A stretch of DNA of 64,000 bases. It comes from Patescibacteria group bacterium. Lineage in GTDB: Bacteria; Patescibacteriota; Dojkabacteria; J137. The stretch spans positions 934,150-998,149 of the forward strand of contig BOLA01000001.1 in assembly GCA_016861265.1 (NCBI GenBank), in the 5' to 3' direction. This document shows positions 19,509-29,487 of the stretch, piece after piece. Position numbers and translations under genes: made by a program. Every line of letters begins with the position of its first letter. The stretch's first letter is position 1. The notes below the pieces were generated by a model. That model saw only the letters and a program-made list of their open reading frames with translations. It was not told the DNA's origin and made no database searches.

Positions 19509-21314
19509 TTAAAGGATTGTAAAAGTTTCGTAATTATCCAGTGGTAGTTTTATTGTGAAGGTGGAACCAACTTCTATCTTACTTTCTACACTAATGGTTC
19601 CTCGGTGTTGTTTTATTATTTCGAAGGAGATATATAGACCTAACCCAAGGCCTTCTCTTAATTCAGTATTTTCTTCTACTTGAAAGAATTTTGTAAATAT
19701 ATCTTTTAATTTACTTTTAGGAATGCCCATACCAGAGTCTTTTACAGAAACAACTGCATTTTCTTTCTCCTTACTCACAGTAACTATAATATCTCCTCCA
19801 TCGGGAGAGTATTTAATTGCATTTGTGAGTAAGTTTATGAGAACTTGTTCGAGTCTTATAGCATCACCGTGAATTTTGAGATTCTCTACTTCTTCTACCA
19901 GTCTAATATTATGACTGTCAATAAACGGACTCACTTCTTTTATAGAACTCTCAACAAGTTGATTCAAATCTAGTTCCTCCATGTGGATTCTAAGTTTTTG
20001 AGATTCTATTTTGCTCATGTCATGAAGTTCATTTACAAGGGTATTCAATTTGTCTAATTGAAAATTGATTATACTTATAAAGTCACCGTAATCTTCTTTG
20101 GATTGTGATAGTTTCTTGGTCAACAGTTGTAAGTAGCCTTTAATTACTGTCATCGGTGTTTTAAGCTCATGACTTGCAATACTTATAAACTCGTCTTTTT
20201 TCTGCTGAAGCGTTTTCTGCGGAGTTAGATCTAACATTAGGCATAGTACATGCTCATCGTTAATCATTACTCCAGAGAGGAATACAGAAACTTTGTGTCC
20301 ATCTTTATGATAGTACTCCTTTTCGAATACAGTCATATAACCCTTCTCCTTTAGTTCATCAACTTTTTGTTGATCTATTTCTTTATATTCTTTTGGAGTT
20401 ATTTCTAACCAGCTCAAACCGTTTTCAACAAATTCTTCGGGGCTATAACCAAGCATCTCAAGAAATTCATCGTTTGTTTCAATAAATTCACCTTGAAGAT
20501 CCGCAAGTGCCATACCAACAACATTGGAGTCAATTAGTCTTGAAAGTATCTCTTGGCTCTTAATTAATTCATCCTCATATTTTTTTCTGTCGGTTCTGTC
20601 CCTAACCGCTAGAACAATTTCTTCGTACTTACCTTCTTTAACAAAATTTATAGCAATCTCTGCATAAAAAACTGTCCTCCCAATAATTAATTTATGCTCA
20701 AACTTTACAGGATTATCAGCATTCACAGATGCTAGGGCTAATCTTAAGCTTTGTTGAAGATCGTAGTTATTGTTCCAAGGGTCAAGATCAAAAATACTCT
20801 TATTTACTAACTCATTAGTTTCAAGATTAAGTGAATCAGCATAGCTCCAATTTGCTTCACGAATTTTTCCGTTTCTATCAAGAATCACTACCATTGTAAA
20901 AATACTATCCATTACTCTACGCAATCTTTTGGTAGTCTTCTTAAGGTCTTCACTGGTTTTTTTTAGCTGCCTTCTATTATTAGAGAAAGCACTAACAAAT
21001 AAGGCTATTAAAAGACTACCAAATACAAAGGCGAGTATTCTACTGAAGTTTGTGTTTGAATTTAAGCCTAGGCTACCTATCGGTTCGATATATAAGTATG
21101 TAGCAAGGATTGTGGAGTATACCAATGCTACTAATCCACTGATTAATCCTCCTATAGTACTATGTATGACTATAAAAAGAGTCAATAAGGAAAAAGCTTG
21201 TAGATTAACCCTGCCATCAAGAAAGTATATTCTTACTAAAAAGAATATACTTAAAGTAATTATTGGCAGTGCATACTGTAATAAAAAAGTATTGAATCTA
21301 CGCTTTTTCCTCAT
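19509..21314 (-). CDS. sensor histidine kinase (TM + PAS domains + HisKA + HATPase_c)
   Basis: 601 aa; H-box ASHELKTPMTVIKGYLQLL; C-terminal N/G1/G2 boxes (NAIKYSPDGG, DSGMGIP, GLGLGL). Confidence 0.85.
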   Translation of the reverse strand: MRKKRRFNTFLLQYALPIITLSIFFLVRIYFLDGRVNLQAFSLLTLFIVIHSTIGGLISGLVALVYSTILATYLYIEPIGSLGLNSNTNFSRILAFVFGSLLIALFVSAFSNNRRQLKKTSEDLKKTTKRLRRVMDSIFTMVVILDRNGKIREANWSYADSLNLETNELVNKSIFDLDPWNNNYDLQQSLRLALASVNADNPVKFEHKLIIGRTVFYAEIAINFVKEGKYEEIVLAVRDRTDRKKYEDELIKSQEILSRLIDSNVVGMALADLQGEFIETNDEFLEMLGYSPEEFVENGLSWLEITPKEYKEIDQQKVDELKEKGYMTVFEKEYYHKDGHKVSVFLSGVMINDEHVLCLMLDLTPQKTLQQKKDEFISIASHELKTPMTVIKGYLQLLTKKLSQSKEDYGDFISIINFQLDKLNTLVNELHDMSKIESQKLRIHMEELDLNQLVESSIKEVSPFIDSHNIRLVEEVENLKIHGDAIRLEQVLINLLTNAIKYSPDGGDIIVTVSKEKENAVVSVKDSGMGIPKSKLKDIFTKFFQVEENTELREGLGLGLYISFEIIKQHRGTISVESKIEVGSTFTIKLPLDNYETFTIL

Positions 21315-21355
21315 TTTTATTCATATCTATTCTATATTCCGGATTATATCAGGCT

Positions 21356-21598
21356 TTAGGCTGTTTTAAATACTTTTGCTATTGCTAGTAATACTACTGC
21401 ACCAACAAACGAAATTAATATTGAACCGACTAGTCCCGAGCTTTCAAGACCTAATAGACCGAATAAAAGTCCACCAATTAATCCACCTACTAAACCTACT
21501 ATAGTGTCCCCCACTAAACCAAACCCTCTGCCTTTTACAAATAATCCCGCTAACCAACCAGCAATCAACCCTACTATTAAGGATACTAATAAACTCAT
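21356..21598 (-). CDS. GlsB/YeaQ/YmgE-family transglycosylase-associated membrane protein
   Basis: 80 aa, Gly-rich TM repeats LIVGLIAGWLAG…IVGLVGGLIGG. Confidence 0.7.
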   Translation of the reverse strand: MSLLVSLIVGLIAGWLAGLFVKGRGFGLVGDTIVGLVGGLIGGLLFGLLGLESSGLVGSILISFVGAVVLLAIAKVFKTA

Positions 21599-21725
21599 AG
21601 TATGTAATTAATAAATTATTAATCGAAGTATAGAAATATTTTGTAAATTAGGAAGTTTGTTTTTGTAAAGATATTGTAAATTAGGTGACATTTGGGTTAT
21701 TTAAACTTTTAATTTATAATTTAGT

Positions 21726-21953
21726 ATGGAAGAAACAAAAACTGTAAAAAGAAAGGATCTTCACAGCCTTAAATCGAGTATTGCAGCAGCATTTGGTTAC
21801 ATTCAACTTGCGCAAAAACAAGCAGATAAGTTAGACCAGGATGAAGCTCAAAAGGTTCAAGAAATGCTTACAAAAGCAATGCAAGTCTTAGAGAGTCTGG
21901 ATGATCAAGTAAGAAAATTGGAAGGAATAAACGAGCCGCTAATGGATATTTAA
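21726..21953 (+). CDS. small helical protein, hypothetical (possible Spo0E-like regulator)
   Basis: 75 aa; sits between the HK and RR genes; weak resemblance to Spo0E-family motif (…LESLDDQV…). Confidence 0.3.
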   Translation: MEETKTVKRKDLHSLKSSIAAAFGYIQLAQKQADKLDQDEAQKVQEMLTKAMQVLESLDDQVRKLEGINEPLMDI

Positions 21954-22639
21954 TCTTCTCCGTAGTCCATTAATCTATAGCCGTATCCTCTAATAGATCT
22001 TATGCAGTCGCCTTTTTCATCATGGAGCTTTTTTCGAAGCTTTCCAATGTGAACATCTACAACTCGGGTATCGACATCGGAAGAATAACCCCACACCGAG
22101 AACAGTATTTTGTCTCTTGTGCATACTCTAAATTTATTAATCATCAAGTAGTGCAGTAGTTCAAATTCTTTAGATGTAAGTTCGACCTTTTTTCCGCCTT
22201 TTCTTACTTCCATAGTCTCTGAATTTATTACCACATCCCTGCTTCTTAATTCCGAGGAGGTAGACTTACCTAAAAGGTTTCTAATTTTTGAATGAATTCT
22301 TGCAATGAGTTCCTCAGAGTTGAAAGGCTTGGTAATGTAGTCATCGGCGCCCGCCTTAAGGCTTGCGATAAGTGATTCCGAAGATTTATCTCCTGTAAGT
22401 ATTATTATCGGAACGTCAGCAAAAGATTTTCTAATGCTTTCTGTAATAGTTTTTCCATGGAGATCTTCAAGCATTAAGTCTACCAATACTAGATTTGGTT
22501 TATTGGCAATAATATATTTTAATCCTTCGATACCAGATGTAAATGTATGCGTATCAGCCTCTAGAGAATTAGTAATTAAGTCCTTAAGAAAATTAAGTAA
22601 TTCAACATTGTCTTCAATTATTACTATTTTGGGTATCAT
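21950..22639 (-). CDS. OmpR/PhoB-family response regulator (REC + winged-helix)
   Basis: Start at MIPKIVIIEDN; D in LVDLML; C-terminal winged helix …VDVHIGKLRKKL. Confidence 0.85.
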   Translation of the reverse strand: MIPKIVIIEDNVELLNFLKDLITNSLEADTHTFTSGIEGLKYIIANKPNLVLVDLMLEDLHGKTITESIRKSFADVPIIILTGDKSSESLIASLKAGADDYITKPFNSEELIARIHSKIRNLLGKSTSSELRSRDVVINSETMEVRKGGKKVELTSKEFELLHYLMINKFRVCTRDKILFSVWGYSSDVDTRVVDVHIGKLRKKLHDEKGDCIRSIRGYGYRLMDYGED

Positions 22640-22982
22640 ATAAATATGTAGTAACTTTTGTCTTAAAAATATCAATATCAAAAGGTTTTTTTAAATAGTC
22701 TGTAACCTTAAGCTTTTCTTTTACCTCAGACAAGTTTGTAATAGCTGACATAAGAATAATGGGTAAATTGGGAAGAGTAGACTGAATTTCTTGAATTACA
22801 TCATCTGCTTTTACTTTCTTAAGCCAATAGTCAATTACTAATAAATCCACATTGTTATTCTTTACAATATTTCTAAGACTAATATCGTCTGAGCATTTTA
22901 TAATACGCACATCTAACTCACTCAATATTAATTCAATTAATTGCAATAGATTTTTATCGTCTTCACACACTACAACCGTCAT
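22614..22982 (-). CDS. single-domain (CheY-like) response regulator
   Basis: 122 aa REC domain: DD in VVCEDD, phospho-acceptor D in LLVIDYWL, conserved K in LKKPF. Confidence 0.75.
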   Translation of the reverse strand: MTVVVCEDDKNLLQLIELILSELDVRIIKCSDDISLRNIVKNNNVDLLVIDYWLKKVKADDVIQEIQSTLPNLPIILMSAITNLSEVKEKLKVTDYLKKPFDIDIFKTKVTTYLYDTQNSNN

Positions 22983-23113
22983 AAATGTAGTCTCATATTA
23001 TTTTAAATGTAAGAACAATATATTATTTTTGTAATAATTATATAGTACAAATGTAAATATATTGTAAATTTAGACAAAAGAAGTTGGGGTCTTATAAGCA
23101 GACCCCCATAATT

Positions 23114-23758
23114 TTATTTCAAATCTACCCCACCAAATACTGCACTTCCTGATATTTCAATAACGTTCTCTGAATCGGTGTTTGTTCTTCTATTATCGCT
23201 TAACCCACCCATCATTCCAAATATATTATTAATCAGTTTTACATTGTCTGGAAGTAATATTTCAAGTCCCGCAAATATCAAATCAACTTCAATTTTTACA
23301 TTACCTTTAATTTCCGCATCTCTTAAATCAAGTTTAACTCCTCCAAAAGTCGCGTGAATTTTCGCACCGGTGAACTCTCCTTTTACATTTTTTTCGTCAC
23401 CCCAGAACAATACATTTGAAGTAATGAATCCATGTTCCGTTGAAGAACTTAGTCTATCTCTTTTGCCTAGTAGAACACTTATACCTGCAAAGATTATAAA
23501 CAATGGCCATAAATTCCAGACAGAGAATGGTAATACATTTAGTGCGTCTAGCTGTAAAAAAATTCCTACAGTCAGCATAAACAATCCCGGAATTATGTTA
23601 ATTGGATTTTTAATTACTAGGTAGATTCCTAAAAACACAACAATTAATGGCCAGATTTTTGCTAGACCATAGCCAATCCCAAACTGATTTAAGAGTAGCA
23701 CAAATCCCATAAGTACTATTAAGCCTCCCCAAAAGAATCTTGAACCTGAATTATTCAT
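23114..23758 (-). CDS. LiaF-like membrane protein (N-terminal TM domain + C-terminal toastrack/DUF4097-like)
   Basis: 214 aa; TM helices then a repetitive beta-rich C-terminus (GGVKLDLRDAEIKGNVKIEVD…). Confidence 0.5.
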   Translation of the reverse strand: MNNSGSRFFWGGLIVLMGFVLLLNQFGIGYGLAKIWPLIVVFLGIYLVIKNPINIIPGLFMLTVGIFLQLDALNVLPFSVWNLWPLFIIFAGISVLLGKRDRLSSSTEHGFITSNVLFWGDEKNVKGEFTGAKIHATFGGVKLDLRDAEIKGNVKIEVDLIFAGLEILLPDNVKLINNIFGMMGGLSDNRRTNTDSENVIEISGSAVFGGVDLK

Positions 23759-23778
23759 AAATAAAATTTAATATATAA

Positions 23779-24144
23779 TTATTTTGATTTAATATCCTCA
23801 AAAATAGGTATATTCCTTTCTAGTTCATGTTTTAAGTCCTGATTGCTAGTATTTAAATACGCCGCAAATAAAAGTACGAAAACAAAAAATAATGAACTAA
23901 AAACTCCTAATAAGGAAGACGCTATTGAGTTTTTTCCGAAAATTACCTGAAATCCTCCAATGATAATAAAGATCGGCCATATTCTAAAAAAAATAATAAA
24001 GATTGTGCCCCACGCACCCCACGGGATAATGCCCATTGTATTGGCTAAAAAGAAGAGTCCCAAGGTGATTAATGTTAGTGCACTGGTTAATCTATGCACG
24101 ATATTATCTCCTGGATACCCGAGATTACCATTTGTATGGCTCAT
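23779..24144 (-). CDS. small polytopic membrane protein (LiaF/PspC transmembrane-domain-like)
   Basis: 121 aa, 3-4 TM segments. Confidence 0.4.
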   Translation of the reverse strand: MSHTNGNLGYPGDNIVHRLTSALTLITLGLFFLANTMGIIPWGAWGTIFIIFFRIWPIFIIIGGFQVIFGKNSIASSLLGVFSSLFFVFVLLFAAYLNTSNQDLKHELERNIPIFEDIKSK

Positions 24145-24208
24145 ATAAAAACGTAATATCTAGTAAATTGATTATTGTTCCAAATCGAACTAAAGTCAAT
24201 GCCAGCAA

Positions 24209-24838
24209 TTACAGTACTCTAAAACCTTTACTTACTATATATCTATAGGCTCTTGCCCTAATTTTGACGTCCTTTATATCTTTAATGGAAGTAACGCCAA
24301 ATTTTTTTACAAGCAAGTTCTCAACTGTAGCCGTATCTTCTGGATAATACTCATTTAACAGTCTTTTTACAATAACACTGTTTACTCCTTTCGCAATTAA
24401 TTCGGAATTAATTCGTGCTTTACCATACTTGCCTTGCGCTACTCTATTTTGAATCCACCAGGCAGCAAATGTTGTATCGTTTATATTATTTTTATCTAAT
24501 TTATCCGCAATATATTTATACAAATCCTCTTTATTTATATTTGCATTAAACGAGGTAGATTTACGATTTGATATTATTTTGTTAATTTTTTCCTTAACCT
24601 CACTAAAAGACCTTGGTCTTGATAAAGCCCAGGATAAAATTTTTCTCGAAATTAAATTATAGGAGTCTATATCTTTTAACTTTTTAAGGTAGGCATTATC
24701 AATTTCTTTTCCTACAAAAAGTAATTCTTGGGTAATTGTATTTTTGTCTAACGCAACTGTAAATTCACCATCTATGAATACATTTACTCTTTCCTTGTCT
24801 TTTATTGCTTGGCTTAATCCCGTAATTTTCATAACCAC
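24209..24838 (-). CDS. recX: RecX-family regulatory protein
   Basis: 209 aa; ALSRPRSFSEVKEKI and FAAWWIQNR…GK..I..EL..KGV match RecX three-helix repeat signatures. Confidence 0.6.
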   Translation of the reverse strand: MVMKITGLSQAIKDKERVNVFIDGEFTVALDKNTITQELLFVGKEIDNAYLKKLKDIDSYNLISRKILSWALSRPRSFSEVKEKINKIISNRKSTSFNANINKEDLYKYIADKLDKNNINDTTFAAWWIQNRVAQGKYGKARINSELIAKGVNSVIVKRLLNEYYPEDTATVENLLVKKFGVTSIKDIKDVKIRARAYRYIVSKGFRVL

Positions 24839-24944
24839 AGAACTTTTTATTGTTCTTTATATAATAAATTCATAATATGATTATATAATGGGTAAGTGAA
24901 ACTATGGTAAAGTTCAATGATTAATATTTTTTTACAAAGTTATA

Positions 24945-25886
24945 ATGTCTCAAATTCCAATAACACTAGTCACAGGATTTTTAGGTGCAGGTAAAACAAG
25001 TCTTATAAATTATATAATCAAGGAAAATAAATATTTAAAGCTTGGAGTAATTTTAAATGAGTTCGGTGATGTTGCACTAGAAAGTAATTTCTTGAAATCC
25101 AATGAAGAAGAGGTAATTGAAATTCCAAATGGTTGCATGTGTTGTGTTGCAAAAAAGGATTTTGTTGGTGCATTAGATAAAGTCATGGAGTTTCAGCCAG
25201 ACACAGATTATATTGTTATAGAAGCATCCGGAATATCTGATCCTTTACAGATTCTTCTTACTTTTTATTCACCACTATTAAGAGAAAGATTTAAACTAGA
25301 TTCTATTTTGTGTGTTGTAGATGCTGTTAACTATGATTACACAATGGATAACTACGACATAGCAAGTGAACAAATTGCAACCAGTGATTTAATACTCTTA
25401 TCAAAAACAAATGGTATTGAACCACAGACCATTAAAAGAATTGAATCTGCAATTTTGGGATTAAATTCTAAGGCCAAAATCTTAAAAATTGATCAAAATT
25501 TAGATTTAAGTTTAATAATGGATACTTCTAAATTCGATTATGAGACCCACGAATCTGCAGGAAATTCTATGGAAGAACCAGAACATATACACGAAAATAT
25601 TAATGATCTTATCTTTAAATCCTCTCAGCCCTTAGATTACCAGAAGCTGACTGAACTTTATAAAAGTTTAGATAGAAACATAATTAGATCAAAGGGTTTT
25701 ATAAACTTTAAGAATTCCCCGAATCAGGATAAAAAATACTTAATGCAGTATGTAGGTAACAGAGTTGAGCTCACTTTTGAAGATTGGAAATCTACAGATA
25801 CAAAGCAAACAGTACTTCTATTCGTAGGTAAAGAATTTGACAGAGAAAAACTTTTGTCGGATTTGAATAATTGTATTGCAAATTAA
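24945..25886 (+). CDS. CobW/YjiA/ZigA-family (COG0523) G3E GTPase metallochaperone
   Basis: GFLGAGKTSL P-loop, GCMCC metal-binding motif, C-terminal CobW_C-like domain. Confidence 0.8.
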   Translation: MSQIPITLVTGFLGAGKTSLINYIIKENKYLKLGVILNEFGDVALESNFLKSNEEEVIEIPNGCMCCVAKKDFVGALDKVMEFQPDTDYIVIEASGISDPLQILLTFYSPLLRERFKLDSILCVVDAVNYDYTMDNYDIASEQIATSDLILLSKTNGIEPQTIKRIESAILGLNSKAKILKIDQNLDLSLIMDTSKFDYETHESAGNSMEEPEHIHENINDLIFKSSQPLDYQKLTELYKSLDRNIIRSKGFINFKNSPNQDKKYLMQYVGNRVELTFEDWKSTDTKQTVLLFVGKEFDREKLLSDLNNCIAN

Positions 25887-25920
25887 GAATTTGTTAGTCA
25901 TTGGGATACTATAGGCTATT

Positions 25921-26934
25921 TTGGTATACGAGTTGTATAATAGAATAATGCTATTGGAATTTACACAAAAAGGAATCTACTGTGAGAAGGGTAATTTTTA
26001 TATTGATCCATCAGCTGCTGTTGATTACGCACTGGTAACTCATGCACATTCGGACCATGCGCGAAGAGGTTCCAAAAACTATCTTGCTCATAAGCACACT
26101 GCTCCAGTTTTAAAATTAAGACTTGGGAAACGCTCTGTAATTCAAGAAGTTGAGTATGGTCAGGAGATTAATATAAAAGGCATCAAAGTTACTTTTTACC
26201 CATCGGGCCATGTAATTGGCTCTGCGCAAATAAAAGTTGACGATGGAAACGAAGTCTGGGTAGTTGCAGGTGATTATAAATTAGAATCTGACAATATTAC
26301 TCAACAGTTTGAACATATAAAATGTACACATTTTGTAACGGAATCAACATTTGCCAAACCTAATTTTTCATGGAAGGCACAAACTGAGATATTCACAGAA
26401 ATGAATGATTGGTGGGCTAGAAATAGTTCAAAAGGAGTCACTAGTGTAATGTCTGCTTATTCTTTGGGTAAATCTCAAAGAATATTAAAAAACATAGATA
26501 GTTCAATTGGTAAAATTGTTGTTCATGATTCAATAGACGAAACAAACGATATTTTTAGAAAACTAGGTTTTAATTTACCCAAAACGTACTTATTCAGCGA
26601 AGTAAGCAGGCAAGATCTAAAGAATGCACTGGTAATAACTCCTTCATTTAGCAATTTAAATAAATTTGAAGACAAACTTGAAGGCTATGTAATGGCCAAC
26701 GCATCGGGGTGGATGCAAGTACCATGGTACGTTTCAAAATCTTTAGATAAGGGTTTTGTTATATCGGACCATGCAGATTGGAATGGTTTAATAAAAGCAG
26801 TAAAAGAAACACAGGCTCAAAATATATTTGTTGTGCATGGTTTTACAACTTACTTTGCAAAACACTTAAATACTCTTGGTCTAAATGCCATGTCTATAAC
26901 AGATAAAAAACTAGATCAGCTTGCACTTTTATAG
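25921..26934 (+). CDS. MBL-fold beta-CASP hydrolase, likely ligase-associated DNA-damage-response exonuclease
   Basis: THAHSDHARRG metallo-beta-lactamase motif near the N-terminus, ~335 aa size and the neighbouring PdeM gene. Confidence 0.55.
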   Translation: MVYELYNRIMLLEFTQKGIYCEKGNFYIDPSAAVDYALVTHAHSDHARRGSKNYLAHKHTAPVLKLRLGKRSVIQEVEYGQEINIKGIKVTFYPSGHVIGSAQIKVDDGNEVWVVAGDYKLESDNITQQFEHIKCTHFVTESTFAKPNFSWKAQTEIFTEMNDWWARNSSKGVTSVMSAYSLGKSQRILKNIDSSIGKIVVHDSIDETNDIFRKLGFNLPKTYLFSEVSRQDLKNALVITPSFSNLNKFEDKLEGYVMANASGWMQVPWYVSKSLDKGFVISDHADWNGLIKAVKETQAQNIFVVHGFTTYFAKHLNTLGLNAMSITDKKLDQLALL

Positions 26935-27016
26935 TAATACTTTTGGCACACTTGCATTTTCTAAAGTTTGGGTAGAATATAAAATTATTCCATCAATAGT
27001 TTATAAGGAGTCTAAG

Positions 27017-27319
27017 ATGACTACCTTTGGTGCTGTAGAATATAAGGGTGATCCTTGGAAAGAAGGTTCTTCACCTTTTGTTAATGCAGCAACACAGGTT
27101 CAAATAACTGAGCAGACTGATCATGCGCTCTATCTGCTCTACTGGAATCTAGACATAGGTGGAACCCCTATCCCACAAGATGTTAAGGATCTTGCTCTAG
27201 TGGAATGGGAAAGAAGATATCCATTTAGATGCTCACAGACAGATAGCTGTGAGTGGTGGGCAGGATGGATGAATGATGTTGTGAACCGCAGGTACGGTGT
27301 TTATACTAAGTCTGCATAG
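27017..27319 (+). CDS. small hypothetical protein (islet gene A), paralogous to gene B
   Basis: Start MTTFGAVEYKG with SD AAGGAG; shared motif EWERRYPF vs gene B EEWRKRYPEG; ~45% GC; own terminator (27329..27353). Confidence 0.5.
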   Translation: MTTFGAVEYKGDPWKEGSSPFVNAATQVQITEQTDHALYLLYWNLDIGGTPIPQDVKDLALVEWERRYPFRCSQTDSCEWWAGWMNDVVNRRYGVYTKSA

Positions 27320-27424
27320 TAGCTACAGAAGCGGAAGACAGAGTCTTCCGCTTAAATTACTGCAATTAATTTCGGAATTCCAACAATTTTTGTTAACATT
27401 ACTTACTTTACCTGAGGAGGTAAT

Positions 27425-27694
27425 ATGTTTCCCTTAATCACTGTCGTAGGCAGGGAAGGCAGTCAAGGTGCAGTGCTGAATGACTTTAGAACTAGAGTCC
27501 CCATTGCACAACAAAATAACTTCGGTCTTTTCGCAATTATGTTTAGCTGCGAAATTGACGGAGTTGCCGTTACATGCGAAGTTCAAAGGGCTGCAGCTGA
27601 GGAATGGAGAAAACGCTACCCAGAAGGTGTATCGAAGGATGCAAAGTCGTGGGAATTTTCTTCAGACCAAAAAGCTAATGAACTGTTGGATTAA
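27425..27694 (+). CDS. small hypothetical protein (islet gene B)
   Basis: 89 aa; SD GAGGAGG; own terminator (27704..27727). Confidence 0.5.
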   Translation: MFPLITVVGREGSQGAVLNDFRTRVPIAQQNNFGLFAIMFSCEIDGVAVTCEVQRAAAEEWRKRYPEGVSKDAKSWEFSSDQKANELLD

Positions 27695-27773
27695 GCATGT
27701 TTTAAAGAGGGCTTCCTCGCCCTCTTTAAGTATATTCTCATGATATAATTATATAGTACTGTGTGGAGGTGAT

Positions 27774-28103
27774 ATGAAGGCCTATCATCCAGATGCAGAA
27801 TTTCCCGTAATAGGGAACTGGCAACAGGCAACTACTCAAGAGTTGCTTGATGCATTGAATCATTCCAGACCGTTCGTAATCGAGGGCGTACTAGAGGACT
27901 TCGATGGAGAGAACACTGGACACGAAACATTCTGGGCTTATAGGAGTGAGGGTTCGAATAAAATCGAGTACATCGAAAGTGCCAGCATTGCTTTTGATCA
28001 GGCGATGATGTCTCCTTACGAGTCGACTCGATACGACTTCGAGAACTACTTCGGTTATGTTACGGAGGAAGGTGTACTTTTTCTCTACTACATAACAGCA
28101 TAA
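27774..28103 (+). CDS. small acidic hypothetical protein (islet gene C)
   Basis: 109 aa; SD GGAGGTG; own terminator (28109..28134). Confidence 0.5.
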   Translation: MKAYHPDAEFPVIGNWQQATTQELLDALNHSRPFVIEGVLEDFDGENTGHETFWAYRSEGSNKIEYIESASIAFDQAMMSPYESTRYDFENYFGYVTEEGVLFLYYITA

Positions 28104-28155
28104 ACAAACCCGAGACATTGCGAAATGTCTCGGGGTAAGTTAATTAGAATGATAA

Positions 28156-28782
28156 AATATATTCAATATTGGTTATTTAGGTTGTATTAATCTTCAAATT
28201 AAGGATCACAATTTTACACTTAGTTCAAATAGAACAATTTTTTGGGAGAATAAGTCAGCCCTATTACTATCAGATATTCATGTAGGTGGTCGAACAGCAA
28301 TTCAAACTGATATCTTAATTTCAAATTTTAAAAAGGCCTTGCAAGAGTTCGAATTTAATAAGTTGATAATTTTAGGAGATTTATTCGATGCATCAGCCAA
28401 TATAAAAGAAAAACAGATTTTTTCAGACTTTCTTAAGACACTTGATACAAATATTGTTTTAGTTCTAGGTAATCATGACAGGCTTTCAGAAGAAGAATAT
28501 AAAGGGTATGGAATAAAAACGGTTAAAGATAGTTTAAAAATGGACATGTTTTACTTGACCCATAAGCCTACAGACTCTAATAATATTAATATTCATGGAC
28601 ACATTCACCCTGGCTACTACAAAAGAAGTCTCTTAGTTAGAAATAAATTGCCTTGCTTTGTAATTGAAGATAATTCAATTTGTTTACCAGCCTTCGGTGG
28701 CGCTACAGGAAAGAATTCTTTTGTCCCGCTTACTCAAAGAAAAGTTTATGTAATTAAGAATAATTCAGTTAAGCTCTTGTAG
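28156..28782 (+). CDS. pdeM: ligase-associated DNA-damage-response endonuclease PdeM (calcineurin-like metallophosphoesterase); start codon unresolved
   Basis: LLLSDIHVGG…ILGDLFDA…VLGNHDR…HGHIHPG phosphoesterase motifs. The frame is open from 28156 but has no ATG/GTG/TTG before the TTG at 28339, which lies after motif I. Confidence 0.6.
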   Translation, partial: NIFNIGYLGCINLQIKDHNFTLSSNRTIFWENKSALLLSDIHVGGRTAIQTDILISNFKKALQEFEFNKLIILGDLFDASANIKEKQIFSDFLKTLDTNIVLVLGNHDRLSEEEYKGYGIKTVKDSLKMDMFYLTHKPTDSNNINIHGHIHPGYYKRSLLVRNKLPCFVIEDNSICLPAFGGATGKNSFVPLTQRKVYVIKNNSVKLL

Positions 28783-29487
28783 TTCAGGATTGTATACCTG
28801 AAGACTATTGAATAAAAGCTCTTCAATAATTTTTGCATTTGCTATATTTAGAGTCCTGATCCCATATGCTTTTTTTAGGCTAGAATCCTTTAAGTCAACG
28901 CTTATTAGGAATCTAAAAAACTTATTAAAGTAGTTACCATCCCACAAATATATTGATAATAGTTCAGCAATGTCTACAATCATAGGATTTTTTGAGTGTT
29001 CAATTGAATCATGGAAACTGCCGTACAACGTATAAAACCTTTTATCTAAATTAAATTGAGTTTCTGCTGTATTTAATAATGATTTAAAACTATTTAAATT
29101 CTTAGTTAACAACTCGTGATAAATGCAAACACATATCTGTTGAAGCAATCTATATTGTTTTAATGTATTATTGTCAAAACTGTTAAAGTCGAATAATTCT
29201 CTATCTATTGTTTTCAGGCTATCGTCTGCTATACCCCAATTAATTTTGTATATTGAACGATTGTTTTCGGTATTAATTGTTAGATTCGATCTATCAGATT
29301 CACTATTTGTATTTATCTCTATTCTCTTTTGTCGTAACAATACAACTATAAACTTGTTTACTATAGGTCTGTCCTTTCTAAGCTGAGAGAAAAGATCATC
29401 TTTAAGGCTTTCTAGTTCCTTATTTATAATTTCGTTTAATGAAATAACCATATTTATACAATATGAAGAAAGAATGTTTGACTCCAC
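28765..29487 (-). CDS. hypothetical protein
   Basis: 240 aa ORF; possible later start at MVISLNE (29451) to avoid overlap with the next gene. Confidence 0.4.
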   Translation of the reverse strand: MESNILSSYCINMVISLNEIINKELESLKDDLFSQLRKDRPIVNKFIVVLLRQKRIEINTNSESDRSNLTINTENNRSIYKINWGIADDSLKTIDRELFDFNSFDNNTLKQYRLLQQICVCIYHELLTKNLNSFKSLLNTAETQFNLDKRFYTLYGSFHDSIEHSKNPMIVDIAELLSIYLWDGNYFNKFFRFLISVDLKDSSLKKAYGIRTLNIANAKIIEELLFNSLQVYNPELQELN

